From: Candidatus Saccharicenans sp.
GTDB taxonomy: Bacteria > Acidobacteriota > Aminicenantia > Aminicenantales > Saccharicenantaceae
Direction of reading: 5' to 3'
Assembly (NCBI GenBank): GCA_049659625.1
Contig: JBASPX010000050.1
Location: forward strand, 90,311-154,310
Length of the DNA stretch: 64,000 nucleotides
In this document: positions 10,195 to 20,247 of the stretch, in pieces
How the letters are laid out: every line of letters starts with the position of its first letter
Numbering within the stretch: position 1 is the stretch's first letter
The notes under the pieces: generated by a model
Seen by the model: only the letters and a program-made list of their open reading frames with translations
Databases searched by the model: none
What the model was told of the DNA's origin: nothing
Made by a program: the position numbers and the translations under genes

Positions 10195-10280
10195 AACTTT
10201 ATATCATATATGCCGTCTGTTTTCAAAGAGTCCGGGAACATGATGTTATTTTCCGGCCCAGGCCGGGCTTCATATTTTAA

Positions 10281-11021
10281 TTAACCTGTGAGAACTTCAA
10301 AAAGTTTCATCTGCCCGGCCTCCAGAAGATAAACTTTATGGCAGAACCGAGCGATTTTCTCGTTATGGGTAGCGATGATCGAGGAGAGTCCCCGCTTCCG
10401 GTGTATTTCCACGATCAGGTTGATGATCATCTCGCCCGTTTTCCAGTCGAGATTGCCGGTGGGTTCATCAGCCAGAAGCAGGAACGGCCGGGTTACCAGC
10501 GCCCGGGCCACAGCCACCCGTTGCTGTTCGCCACCAGAGAGTTCGGCCGGGCGAGCTCCGGACCGATGATTCATCCCAACCTCTTCCAGAGCCCTGTAAG
10601 CCAGTTCCAGGGCCTCCTCTCGATTTTTGCCACCGATAAGCAGCGGAATGGCCACATTCTCCAGCGCCGAAAATTCGGGAAGCAGATGGTAAAATTGAAA
10701 AACAAAACCTATATGTCTGTTTCTGAGAAGAGCAACTTCCTCAGGGGTTTTCACCGCCAGGTCCTGGCCGAAAAGAAAAACCCGGCCCTCGCTCGGTCGG
10801 TCAAGGCCACCGACAATATTCAGGAAGGTGGTTTTGCCCACTCCGGAAACCCCCATGATGGCCACCAGCTCGCCTGGTTTCAGCTGGAAATCGATTCCCT
10901 CAAAGACTTTCAGTCGTCCGCCGTCCGGCAGTGGATAAGCTTTGCTGAGCTTTTCGGCTTTCAGTACAAGCCCCTCAGCCGGGCCTTCCATTTTTAATGA
11001 ATCGTTCATTGCCTGCCTCAT
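10281..11021 (-). CDS. lolD: Lipoprotein-releasing system ATP-binding protein LolD-like ABC ATPase
   Basis: Walker A GVSGVGKTT, ABC signature LSGGEQQRVAVARAL, Walker B LLLADEPTGNLD. There is a 4-nt ATGA overlap with the upstream permease gene. Confidence 0.8.
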   Translation of the reverse strand: MRQAMNDSLKMEGPAEGLVLKAEKLSKAYPLPDGGRLKVFEGIDFQLKPGELVAIMGVSGVGKTTFLNIVGGLDRPSEGRVFLFGQDLAVKTPEEVALLRNRHIGFVFQFYHLLPEFSALENVAIPLLIGGKNREEALELAYRALEEVGMNHRSGARPAELSGGEQQRVAVARALVTRPFLLLADEPTGNLDWKTGEMIINLIVEIHRKRGLSSIIATHNEKIARFCHKVYLLEAGQMKLFEVLTG

Positions 11022-12235
11022 TCGTATTTTAGAGCCTGAACCGGGTCAATTTTAGCTGCCCGGCGCGATGGAAAAATGGTGGAAACGAAAGTTATGGCCA
11101 GGGTCACGGCCACAATCAAAGCCATATCCAGCGGCTTCGGATGAAAAGGAACGTAGGAAATTTGATAAATATCCACGGGAACTTTGATCAGCTTAAAAAC
11201 ATTTGCCAGCCAGCACCAGAGGAGACCGAGCGCCATCCCCAGAGCGGTGCCGATTACCCCGATCAGCGCTCCCTGCAGAAAGAAAATCTTTCTGACGCTG
11301 GCCGCCGTCGCTCCGAGAGCCATGAGCACGCCGATATCCCGGGTTTTTTCCATGACCATCAGCACCAGACTGGCCACAATGTTCAGAGCCGCCACCAGTA
11401 CGATGAGCGAGATTGTCAGGAAAAGCAGCGTCTTTTCCAGTTTGAGCGCGGAAAAAAGAGAACGGTTGAGTTCCATCCAGGTGGTCACATAAATACCGGG
11501 GCCGTCTGTCCGGTAAATTTTTTCGGCCACCCGTTCAGCCTCAAAAATGTCTTTTATCCTGACCTGAAGGTAAGAAACCATTCCGGGAAGGTTGAACAGC
11601 CTCTGAGCCACCGGCATAGAAATAAGCGCGGTGGAAGAGTCAAACTCATAGAGCCCCGAGCGGAAAACTCCGCTTACCCTGAAGGTTTTCGTCCGTGGCA
11701 GGAGACCGAGCGGCGTCAGACGGGCGACCGGGATTATGACTTCAACCTGGTCCCCTGCGCCCACTCCGAGGCTGGCCGCCAGGTCCCTTCCGAGCATTAT
11801 TTCTTCGCGACCGTCTTCAGCCGGCAGACGCCCGGCTTCAAGGTTTTTCAACCAGGGCGAAACCTGGACTTCTTCCTGGAAATTCAAACCCTTCAGAATC
11901 GCACCGGAACTTCTGCCCGGACTCAGAACCAGCACTGTGTTGTAAACCACCGGTGTGACAGATTCCACCTCTGGCAACTGACGGATGTTGGCCGCGAGTT
12001 TTTCGAAATCTCTCAGCCCTTCTCCCCCGAGGCTGGAAACCATCAGATGGGAGGTGGCGCCGAGAATTTTATCCTGAACGTCTTCCTGAAAGCCGGTTAT
12101 CAAGGACAGCGCAATTACCAGGGCCATCACTCCGATGGTGACTCCGAGAATCGAGACAAAGGTAATAACCGAAATAAAGGCCTGTTTTCTGCGGGCAGTC
12201 AGATATCGCCGGGCCAGAAAAAGTTCAAACTTCAT
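11018..12235 (-). CDS. LolC/LolE-family lipoprotein-release permease (FtsX/MacB-type, 4 TM plus periplasmic domain)
   Basis: N-terminal TM helix, large periplasmic domain, then three C-terminal TM helices. Translationally coupled to lolD. Confidence 0.8.
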   Translation of the reverse strand: MKFELFLARRYLTARRKQAFISVITFVSILGVTIGVMALVIALSLITGFQEDVQDKILGATSHLMVSSLGGEGLRDFEKLAANIRQLPEVESVTPVVYNTVLVLSPGRSSGAILKGLNFQEEVQVSPWLKNLEAGRLPAEDGREEIMLGRDLAASLGVGAGDQVEVIIPVARLTPLGLLPRTKTFRVSGVFRSGLYEFDSSTALISMPVAQRLFNLPGMVSYLQVRIKDIFEAERVAEKIYRTDGPGIYVTTWMELNRSLFSALKLEKTLLFLTISLIVLVAALNIVASLVLMVMEKTRDIGVLMALGATAASVRKIFFLQGALIGVIGTALGMALGLLWCWLANVFKLIKVPVDIYQISYVPFHPKPLDMALIVAVTLAITFVSTIFPSRRAAKIDPVQALKYE

Positions 12236-12271
12236 CGCGCTTTCACTCTGCCAGTAGCTCCATCTCTCTCA

Positions 12272-13807
12272 TCACCGGGGCTTGAGAAGAGGAAAGAGGA
12301 TGACCTCCCCGATCGATTGCCTGTTGGCTAAAATCATCGTCAACCGGTCAATTCCGATACCTTCGCCACCGGTCGGAGGAAGCCCGTACTCCAGAGCTTC
12401 CACATAATCAAGGTCCACCAGATGCGATTCCTCATCGCCGGTTTTCCTCATCGCCGCCTGTTCTTCAAAACGCTGGCGCTGTTCGAAAGGATCGGTCAGC
12501 TCGGAAAAAGCGTTGGCTATTTCCATGCCGGCAATCACCAGTTCAAACCGGCAGGCTTCATCCCGGTTGCTCGGGTCGGCTTTGGCCAGCGGAGAGATTT
12601 CCCGCGGCGGATTTATGATAAATGTCGGTTGAACAATCCTGTCCTTCACCAGTTTATCAAAGATAACGTCAAGCGCTTTAGCGTAGGTGGTGGGTTTTTT
12701 ATCAGGGGTGAGCGTCCCGGCAAACTCAATCAGACCTTTCGGGTCGTCAAAGCGCGAAGGGGCCAGACCGCTGAATTCTTTTACGGCGTCTATAAACCTC
12801 AGCCTCTTCCACGGCCTCTTAAAAGAAATTATATGTTCGCCGTACGGGCACTCCTCTTTCCCGTGAATTTCTCGCACCAGATATAAAAACAGCTCCTCTG
12901 TCAGGTCCATCAGCTGATGGTAGTCTATGTATGCCTGATAGAACTCAAGCATGGTAAATTCGGGATTATGCTGGGAATCCACCCCCTCGTTGCGGAAGTT
13001 GCGGTTGATCTCATAAACCTTTTCCATTCCGCCAACCACCAGCCTTTTCAGGTAAAGCTCGGGAGCAATCCGGAGATAGAGATCTATTCCGAGAGCATTG
13101 TGAAAAGTTTTGAAGGGTCTGGCCAGAGCTCCTCCCGGAATTACCTGCATCATCGGGGTCTCCACTTCCATAAAACCGCGTTCGTCAAAAAACTTCCTGA
13201 TAAGGCCGATGATCTGGCTCCTTATCCTGAACGTTTCGGAAGTTTCAGGGTTCATCATCAGGTCAAGATAACGTTTCCGATAGCGAAGCTCAACATCCTG
13301 GAGTCCATGCCATTTCTCAGGAAGCGGATGGAAAGATTTGGCCAGCAGACTGAACTTTTCCGCCAGCACCGTCAGTTCATCAGTTTTCGTCCGGAAAAGC
13401 CGGCCTTCAACCAGAATGACATCCCCGATGTCGAACAGGTCAAAAAGATCATAATTTTCAGGGCCAACCACATCCTGCCTGAGGTAAACCTGAAGGCGCG
13501 AGCGGCAGTTGGCGATATGGAAAAAGGTGGCCCGTCCCATTTTTCTGATGGTCATTATCCGTCCGGGAACTTTAACCCGGTATTCCTTCGCCTCGAGTTC
13601 TTCCCGGCTGAAGCCGGAAAAATCCCTGACCACCTCATAAACCGAATGAGTGATGTCAGCCCGATGCGGGAAAACTTCGATTCCTTTTTCCTGAAGCTTT
13701 TTCCACTTTTCGAGCCTTACCAGCTCCTGGTCGCTCAATTCTTCCTGAACGAGCTTAAATTCACGATCATTTCTGTTTTGCTGTTCGCTCATGGTATCAC
13801 CTCGCAA
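12272..13807 (-). CDS. lysS: Lysine--tRNA ligase (class II)
   Basis: OB-fold anticodon-binding N-terminal domain plus class II catalytic core. Characteristic C-terminus …GIDRLTMILANRQSIGEVILFP. Confidence 0.9.
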   Translation of the reverse strand: MRGDTMSEQQNRNDREFKLVQEELSDQELVRLEKWKKLQEKGIEVFPHRADITHSVYEVVRDFSGFSREELEAKEYRVKVPGRIMTIRKMGRATFFHIANCRSRLQVYLRQDVVGPENYDLFDLFDIGDVILVEGRLFRTKTDELTVLAEKFSLLAKSFHPLPEKWHGLQDVELRYRKRYLDLMMNPETSETFRIRSQIIGLIRKFFDERGFMEVETPMMQVIPGGALARPFKTFHNALGIDLYLRIAPELYLKRLVVGGMEKVYEINRNFRNEGVDSQHNPEFTMLEFYQAYIDYHQLMDLTEELFLYLVREIHGKEECPYGEHIISFKRPWKRLRFIDAVKEFSGLAPSRFDDPKGLIEFAGTLTPDKKPTTYAKALDVIFDKLVKDRIVQPTFIINPPREISPLAKADPSNRDEACRFELVIAGMEIANAFSELTDPFEQRQRFEEQAAMRKTGDEESHLVDLDYVEALEYGLPPTGGEGIGIDRLTMILANRQSIGEVILFPLLKPR

Positions 13808-13837
13808 AAATAAAGAGCTATAAGGGCGAGTCCGGTT

Positions 13838-14260
13838 TCAACCCGGAGGATTCTCTCCCTGCAGGCGGCGGCGAACGCCGTCAAGAACACCGTTGACGAA
13901 ATGGGCCGCCTCCTCACCGGAGTACTTTTTAGCAATCTCAATAGCTTCATCTATGATGATTGGCGGATCAAGATTCTTCTCAAAAAGCATCTCAAAAACC
14001 GCCAGCCGCAGAATGTTGCGGTCAACTATGGCCATCCTTTCCAGCTTCCAGTTTCTGGAGACCTGCTGTATTAACCTGTCGATCTCAGCCTGGTTCTCCT
14101 GAATACCCTTTACCAGCCATTCTGAATATTCCCTGGTCTCTGCCGGCACAGTCTGCCTGGACCAGTAATCCTGCAAAATTACCGATAGTTCATCGCCGGT
14201 GATTTCCTGCTGGAAAAGGATCTGCAGGGCGCACTCTCTCGCTTTTCTTCTTTTTCCCAT
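13838..14260 (-). CDS. nusB: Transcription antitermination factor NusB
   Basis: 140 aa with N-terminal RRKARECALQILFQ typical of NusB. Adjacent to ribH, as in many bacteria. Confidence 0.85.
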   Translation of the reverse strand: MGKRRKARECALQILFQQEITGDELSVILQDYWSRQTVPAETREYSEWLVKGIQENQAEIDRLIQQVSRNWKLERMAIVDRNILRLAVFEMLFEKNLDPPIIIDEAIEIAKKYSGEEAAHFVNGVLDGVRRRLQGENPPG

Positions 14261-14285
14261 TATCTGAAATCTCTTATCGTACCGG

Positions 14286-14753
14286 TCAGAGCTCAGAGTC
14301 CCGCAGAAGGTTCAGCGTTTCCACCAGGGCCATCGCCGCGTCATAGCCTTTGTTTCCTGCTTTGGTCCCGGCTCTTTCGATACCCTGCTCCATCGTGTCC
14401 ACGGTGAGAATGCCGTAAGCCACCGGAACTCCGTCTTCCAGAGCCACCTGGGCCAGTCCTTTGGTCACCTCGGCGCTGAGATAGTCAAAGTGGGGAGTAT
14501 CTCCGCGAATGAGGACTCCCAGGCAAAGAATACCGTCCACCTGTTTTTTCCGGGCAATTTTTCTGGCCACCTGAGGAATTTCAAAAGCTCCGGGCACCTT
14601 GTACACGGAAATGCTGGCTTCATCGGCTCCCAGCTTTTTCAGAGCCTCAAGAGCCCCGTCGAGCAGATGACTGGAAATAAACTGGTTAAAACGGCTGAGG
14701 ACGATGCCTATTCTTAAACCCTTCGCCTGAAGTTTGCCTTCATAAACGTTCAT
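14286..14753 (-). CDS. ribH: 6,7-dimethyl-8-ribityllumazine synthase
   Basis: 155 aa with GIVLSRFNQFI…VPGAFEIP signature of lumazine synthase. Confidence 0.9.
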   Translation of the reverse strand: MNVYEGKLQAKGLRIGIVLSRFNQFISSHLLDGALEALKKLGADEASISVYKVPGAFEIPQVARKIARKKQVDGILCLGVLIRGDTPHFDYLSAEVTKGLAQVALEDGVPVAYGILTVDTMEQGIERAGTKAGNKGYDAAMALVETLNLLRDSEL

Positions 14754-14772
14754 CCTTCACTCCTTTGGCCGA

Positions 14773-15894
14773 TCAAATCGGTCGCTTTTCATAAATCCGG
14801 TATTTTTTGTATATTCTACCACCGATCGAAGTCGTAAATCTATTGATGGCTTCATTGTCTTCAAGCTGCCAGGAGGTCTCGGCCCACTGATAGCCTTTAG
14901 CTTTCGCCCTTCTCTCCAGCTCATCATACAGCAGATAGGCGAGCCCGGCGTGCTGAACCTGCGGCAGAACCCCGAAAACTATAGCCCTCATCCCCTTTAT
15001 TTTCTTCCTGTTAAAAAGAAGCTTTAATATCCCGAAGGGAAAAAGTCGCCCGTTTAAACCTTTGATTATTTCATTATAATTGGGCAGCCCGAAGGCAAAG
15101 CCCATTTCCCGTCCTTCATGCAGCGCAAAAATCACCAGCTCGGGGTCGGCAAAAGCCTTCAACCTGCGGGCCATAAAATCCATTTCTTTTTCCGTCCAGG
15201 GAACAAAACCCCAGTTTTTTGACCAGGCCTGATTGTAGATGTCGGCAATCTTCCTGGTTTCTTCATAAACTTTTTTCATGTTAACCGTGCGCAGACTGAA
15301 ATTGGTTGACTTCCTTATTTTTTCTATTACCGCCCGGACTTTTTCCATCGTCTCATGATCCCTGGTCATCAGGAAAGCATAAAGATCCTTCGCTTTGGTG
15401 AGTCCGGATTTCTCCATCAGTTCGTTGTAGTAAGGCGGGTTGTAGGGCATCATGATGACCGGCGGTCGGTCAAAACCTTCCAGCAGGAAGGCGCATTCGT
15501 CGTTCATCGAGAGATTCATCGGTCCACGCAGGATATCCATACCACGCTCTTTTCCCCAGGCCGCTACCGTCTCCAGAAGAACACGGGCCACTTCGGGGTC
15601 GTTAACGCTCTCGTAAAGTCCGAAGAACACCACCTTTTCCCGGTGATACTCGTTGTGACGGTGGTCAATGATGGCGGCAATCCGGCCGACAGTTTCCTCT
15701 CCTTCCCTCGCGAGAAACAGTTCCATTTCAGCGTGCTCAAAAAAAGGGTTTTTCCGGCGGTTGAGCTTTTCTTTCATCTCGATCAAAAGGGGCGGAACCC
15801 AGTTCGGGTCATCTTTGTAAATTTTCCAGGGAAAACGCAAAAAAGCCTTAAAATCCTTATTATTCCTTACCGGAAAGACCTCAATTTGCGCCAT
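14773..15894 (-). CDS. GNAT-fold acyltransferase-like protein (FemAB/GNAT-type, ~370 aa)
   Basis: Duplicated acyl-CoA N-acyltransferase-like segments. No specific function can be assigned. Confidence 0.45.
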   Translation of the reverse strand: MAQIEVFPVRNNKDFKAFLRFPWKIYKDDPNWVPPLLIEMKEKLNRRKNPFFEHAEMELFLAREGEETVGRIAAIIDHRHNEYHREKVVFFGLYESVNDPEVARVLLETVAAWGKERGMDILRGPMNLSMNDECAFLLEGFDRPPVIMMPYNPPYYNELMEKSGLTKAKDLYAFLMTRDHETMEKVRAVIEKIRKSTNFSLRTVNMKKVYEETRKIADIYNQAWSKNWGFVPWTEKEMDFMARRLKAFADPELVIFALHEGREMGFAFGLPNYNEIIKGLNGRLFPFGILKLLFNRKKIKGMRAIVFGVLPQVQHAGLAYLLYDELERRAKAKGYQWAETSWQLEDNEAINRFTTSIGGRIYKKYRIYEKRPI

Positions 15895-16026
15895 TTTTGT
15901 TCCCTTCTTTATTTTTTGTAAATTTTAACAGAAGTCATCTCTTCTTTCAGCAATATTTTTTAATCAACCTTCATTTGCCAGTCAGGTCTGATACGTGGTA
16001 CAAGATTATAAGTAAGGAGAAATAAA

Positions 16027-18492
16027 ATGAAAGAAGCAAAGACATTCAGGGAACTTAAACCAGAAGAACTTTACTGGCGCTGTCCCCTCGAAGCCATCCC
16101 TTATAATTCCACAGAGGAATGTCCGGCCTGTGAGGACATCATCGGTCAGGACCGTGCGCTGAAATCGCTTAAAACCGGTCTGGAAATCAAGAGCCGCGGC
16201 TATAACATTTTCATCACCGGTATGGTCGGAACAGGTCGCACCACCACCATCAAAAAATTTCTGGAAAAAATACGGACCACCGCGGAAACACCGGACGACC
16301 TGCTGTATGTCAACAATTTCAGCAAACCTGACGAACCGCTGCTCCTGAGTCTTCCTGCTGGAAATGGCCGGATTCTGGCCGAAGGTATGGATAAGCTGAT
16401 CGAAATGCTCAGAACCAGCATTACCGAGCTTCTGAAAAGCCAGTACTTCCAGGAGCGAAAACAGGAGATTCTCGAAGCCCAGCAGCGCAAACAGAGGGAA
16501 ATCCTGCAGAAGTTTGAAGAGCTGGTGGCCGCAGAAGGTTTTACCGTCATCCAGGTTCCGATGGGAATATTCACCAGACCGGACCTGATCCCGGTGATTG
16601 ACGGTCAGCCCACTCCGTTCCAGAAGCTGGAGGCCCTGGTGAGAGAGGAAAAAATGCCCAGAGCCCGGCTGGAAGAACTGAAAAAGAAATACGAAAAGCT
16701 CACGGAAAAGCTGGAAAAACTGATATCCACCCTTAAAGAAATAGACGAAGAAACCAGAGGACTTCTGAAAAATATCGAGACTGAAGCCTGCACCCCGCTG
16801 ATCAAGGGGGCACTGAACGACCTGAGGCAGAAGCTGCCGCATCCTTCCGTCGGACGCTATCTGGACCAGGTGGAAAAGAGTCTTATCGATAACCTGGAAT
16901 TGTTCAAGGCGGCGTCAGGTGAAGAAGCAGAAAGGGACGGACTGGACCCTTATCTTCCTTACCGGGTGAATCTTCTGGTCGACAATTCGGAAACCAAGGG
17001 CGCTCCGGTGATCATGGAAATCTCCCCCACCTATCCGAACCTCTTCGGCACCATAGAATATTCCTACAGCAGATTCGGCGTGGCCCAGACTGACTTCACC
17101 AAGATAAAGGCCGGTTCATTCATCAAAGCCAACGGCGGTTACCTGGTGCTTAACGCCCTTGACGTTCTCAGAGAACCCGGAGTCTGGACCACCCTGCTGC
17201 GCACCCTCCGCTACCAGATTTTTGAAATTCAGAACCCCATTTCTCTTTTCATTTTCTCCACCGCACGCCTGAAACCGGAACCGATAAAATGTCAGGTGAA
17301 GGTGATAATGATCGGAGACGACTATCTCTACAACCTGCTGTATTTCTTCGACGAGGATTTCAAGAAGATCTTCAAAATCAAAGTCGAATTTGACTCCGAG
17401 ATGGAAAAAAATTCCAGCACCATCAAAGATTATGTGCGTTTCACCCGGAAAATCTGCGATGAGGACGGTCTGCGTCCGGTTGACCGGGAAGGCATCGCGG
17501 CCATCGTCGAGTTCGGAGTAAGACAGGCTGGCAGGCAGAAAAAACTCTCCACCCGTTTTCACCTGATCGCCGACATCATTCGCGAAGCCGATTACTGGGC
17601 AAAAACCGGCGGCCGTGAGTTCATTTCGAGAGAAGACGTAAGAAAAGCCATCGAAGAAAGGGCGGAAAGAGTCAATCTGATAGAAAGAAAAATTCAGGAA
17701 ATGATAGAAGAAGGAACGATTCTCATTTCCACCGATGGCCGGGAAGTCGGGCAGGTTAACGGTCTGGCCGTTTACGACACCGGCGAGCTGACTTTCGGCA
17801 AACCAACCAGGATAACCGCCAGAACTTCCACCGGCCGAGCCGGAGTGATAAACATCGAACGAGAAGCCGAGCTCAGCGGCCGCACTCACAACAAAGCCGT
17901 CCTTATCCTGGCTGGATACCTGAGGGGCAAATACGCTCAGGACAAACCTTTTGCCCTGTCAGCCAGCCTGGCTTTTGAACAATCGTATTCCTGGGTCGAC
18001 GGCGACAGCGCCTCGGCCGCTGAAGTTTACGCCATTCTATCGAGCCTTTCCGGTCTGCCCCTCAGGCAAGACATCGCCGTGACCGGCTCGATCAACCAGC
18101 GGGGAGAAATTCAGCCGATCGGAGCGGTCAACGAAAAGATCGAGGGCTTCTTCCGGGTTTGCCGGGCTCGCGGGCTCACGGGAACACAGGGAGTGATCAT
18201 ACCCCACCAGAACGTTAAGAACCTAATGCTTCACGAAGACGTGGTCAGGGCGGTGGCTGAGGGGAAATTTCACATCTACCCGATAAAAACCGTGGACGAA
18301 GGAATGGAAATACTGACCGGAGTGAAGGCTGGAGAAAGGCTTGAGGACGGTTCTTACGAAGAAGGAACGATTAATTATCTGGTCGATGCCGGAATAAGAA
18401 GATTGGCCGTCGCCTGGCAGAAATTTGAAGCCGAAACTGAAACCAGAGGCGGGGAAAAAGAACCGCATGAAAAAGGCCAGGAAACCGGATGA
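16027..18492 (+). CDS. Lon-like (LonC/COG1067-type) protease with degenerate AAA+ module and C-terminal S16 Ser-Lys proteolytic domain
   Basis: C-terminal Lon protease domain motif GDSASAAEVYAILSSLSGLPLRQDIAVTGSIN…G..PIGAVNEKIEGFF. The N-terminal P-loop reads GMVGTGRTT, with Arg where the canonical Walker A Lys is expected. A good RBS (AAGGAG) precedes the ATG at 16027. Confidence 0.8.
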   Translation: MKEAKTFRELKPEELYWRCPLEAIPYNSTEECPACEDIIGQDRALKSLKTGLEIKSRGYNIFITGMVGTGRTTTIKKFLEKIRTTAETPDDLLYVNNFSKPDEPLLLSLPAGNGRILAEGMDKLIEMLRTSITELLKSQYFQERKQEILEAQQRKQREILQKFEELVAAEGFTVIQVPMGIFTRPDLIPVIDGQPTPFQKLEALVREEKMPRARLEELKKKYEKLTEKLEKLISTLKEIDEETRGLLKNIETEACTPLIKGALNDLRQKLPHPSVGRYLDQVEKSLIDNLELFKAASGEEAERDGLDPYLPYRVNLLVDNSETKGAPVIMEISPTYPNLFGTIEYSYSRFGVAQTDFTKIKAGSFIKANGGYLVLNALDVLREPGVWTTLLRTLRYQIFEIQNPISLFIFSTARLKPEPIKCQVKVIMIGDDYLYNLLYFFDEDFKKIFKIKVEFDSEMEKNSSTIKDYVRFTRKICDEDGLRPVDREGIAAIVEFGVRQAGRQKKLSTRFHLIADIIREADYWAKTGGREFISREDVRKAIEERAERVNLIERKIQEMIEEGTILISTDGREVGQVNGLAVYDTGELTFGKPTRITARTSTGRAGVINIEREAELSGRTHNKAVLILAGYLRGKYAQDKPFALSASLAFEQSYSWVDGDSASAAEVYAILSSLSGLPLRQDIAVTGSINQRGEIQPIGAVNEKIEGFFRVCRARGLTGTQGVIIPHQNVKNLMLHEDVVRAVAEGKFHIYPIKTVDEGMEILTGVKAGERLEDGSYEEGTINYLVDAGIRRLAVAWQKFEAETETRGGEKEPHEKGQETG

Positions 18493-18556
18493 CACTGGCT
18501 TAAGTAAGTTAGATTCAGGAACGAACTGCCAGCGGTTATCTGCTGAACAGAACTTT

Positions 18557-19255
18557 TTATTTTGAGAGACCTGTAAGCTCCCTTAGATCTTCAATTTCTT
18601 CCGGTGTGAGATATCGCCAGAATCCGCGGCGGAGTCCCTTTACGGTCAGACCGGCATAACAGACGCGGCGGACTTTTTTCACCTTCAAACCCAGAGATAA
18701 CATCATTCTGCGAACATCATATTTCCGCCACTCATGAAGTTTCAGGGTAAAAAGAGAGCGCTCCCTGTTCCGGTAAACCAGCCGTACTTCCTCCGGGACA
18801 ATCCGGCGTCCATCGACAAAGGCGCCTTTTTCCAGCTTCTGTAGCTCCTCATCCTCCAGATAACCTTTAACCCTGATTTCGTAAACTTTTTTTACCTCAT
18901 AACGGGGATGGGTAAGACGATGAGCCAGCTCGCCATCGTTGGTGAAAAGAAGCAACCCCTCGGTTTCAGAATCCATATGGCCAACCGGATAAACTCTGAC
19001 CGGAAGACGCGGCAACAGCTCGAACACGGTTCTGTATTTACCCGCGCTCTTTTGAGCCACCCGGTAACCTTCAGGCTTATTAAGAATGAGGTAAACTTTC
19101 TCCTGAGACAGCCTTACCGGACGGTCATCCACCTCCACCCTGTCTTTATTTTCGTCAACCTTTACTCCGAGACGGGTAACCACCTGGCCGTTGACCTTAA
19201 CCCTCCCCTGCTCGATCAGACGATCAGCTTCGCGGCGGGAGGCCACGCCGCACAT
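18557..19255 (-). CDS. rRNA pseudouridine synthase (RsuA/RluB family) with N-terminal S4 domain
   Basis: S4-like N-terminus (READRLIEQGRVKVNGQVV) followed by a pseudouridine synthase core with the catalytic-Asp region (…VGHMDSETEGLLLFTNDGELAHRL). Confidence 0.85.
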   Translation of the reverse strand: MCGVASRREADRLIEQGRVKVNGQVVTRLGVKVDENKDRVEVDDRPVRLSQEKVYLILNKPEGYRVAQKSAGKYRTVFELLPRLPVRVYPVGHMDSETEGLLLFTNDGELAHRLTHPRYEVKKVYEIRVKGYLEDEELQKLEKGAFVDGRRIVPEEVRLVYRNRERSLFTLKLHEWRKYDVRRMMLSLGLKVKKVRRVCYAGLTVKGLRRGFWRYLTPEEIEDLRELTGLSK

Positions 19256-19416
19256 CGATAAAAATTTGTTAAGTCTTATAATGGCTTTTTCTCCTTCCGA
19301 AAGGATGGTTTTTTATAATTTTACCAGATTTTGAAGCCAGAGATTAGAGAACCGAGAAAATTTCTTTTTAATTAAAAAATATCTGAGCGTCACGCTGTCC
19401 GACCAGTGCCTCAGAC

Positions 19417-20097
19417 TTAATCGCTGGAATCTTCCTGCTGATAGAACCCTGGCTTGGCCAGAATCTCCATGATTCTCAGGTCAAAGAAATTCTGGGCGTT
19501 AACAGGCCTCAGCAGAACGGCTGTATCCGCTCCTTTTTCCGTTCCACCTATGGCTATGCATGGTTCTCCGGTTCTGATGAGACCGGCGTCGGCGGCCATC
19601 AGGCTGACCTCAATCGCCACCTTCACCCCTTCGCCGAAAGTTCTCAAAGCATAAGCTATGATTTCATCCAGTTGATAGCTGCCGAGCTTTTTCCGTACCG
19701 CCCGATTTACACCCCCTAAAGCGTGCTGACAGGTGAGGACCTTCACTCCCAGCTGTTCGAGTCTGGCTCTGACCTCCTCAGACATCTCCTGATAGTTCGG
19801 ACGATAAAACCCGGTGGAGTGGGTCACCGCCACCAGCCGGCAGTCACGGAAAATCGAAGCCGCCTTCAGGGCGGTTTCGCCAGAAGCTGAGGCCACCACC
19901 ACCTGTTTGATTTTAAGCTCTTCCGCCCTCAGCGCAGCCCTTTTCAGGGTGGCTTCGGTATTTTCGGCTCCCGGCCGGTCAAAGTAAAGGCAGGGAACAC
20001 TCTGTCCTTCAGCTTTAAGGTCAAAATCGCACATCAGATGTACCTCCGACGGAACTGATTTTTTTTTAATTATCTGCCGGGCTTTCTTCGGGGTCAA
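19417..20097 (-). CDS. Stand-alone pyruvate-kinase C-terminal (alpha/beta) domain-like protein
   Basis: Motif pattern QVVVASASGETALKAAS…LVAVTH resembles the PK C-terminal effector domain. No catalytic barrel is present. Confidence 0.45.
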   Translation of the reverse strand: MTPKKARQIIKKKSVPSEVHLMCDFDLKAEGQSVPCLYFDRPGAENTEATLKRAALRAEELKIKQVVVASASGETALKAASIFRDCRLVAVTHSTGFYRPNYQEMSEEVRARLEQLGVKVLTCQHALGGVNRAVRKKLGSYQLDEIIAYALRTFGEGVKVAIEVSLMAADAGLIRTGEPCIAIGGTEKGADTAVLLRPVNAQNFFDLRIMEILAKPGFYQQEDSSD

Positions 20098-20247
20098 GGA
20101 CAGATGGACCGGAATTTATTTTCGCCAGCCGTGAAAAATAAGACAGATAATTTTTGACCATCCAGATTCAATGCCCGCAAACCTCGACCTTTCACCCGGA
20201 TGAACCTGGCCTTTATCATTTCGTATAAAATAATGTAAACTTAATCG

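Noticed and set aside
11141-12331. 396-aa plus-strand ORF antisense to the LolC/E permease gene
   Set aside because: Its translation is rich in Arg, His and Gln with no motifs, whereas the minus-strand frame gives a textbook FtsX-family permease. This is an antisense artefact of a GC-rich coding region.
16027-18492. Lon-like protease as a BREX BrxL-type or other phage-defence component
   Set aside because: No methyltransferase, PglZ, BrxA/B/C or other defence genes are adjacent. Neighbours are a GNAT acyltransferase and an rRNA pseudouridine synthase, so housekeeping or regulatory proteolysis is more likely.
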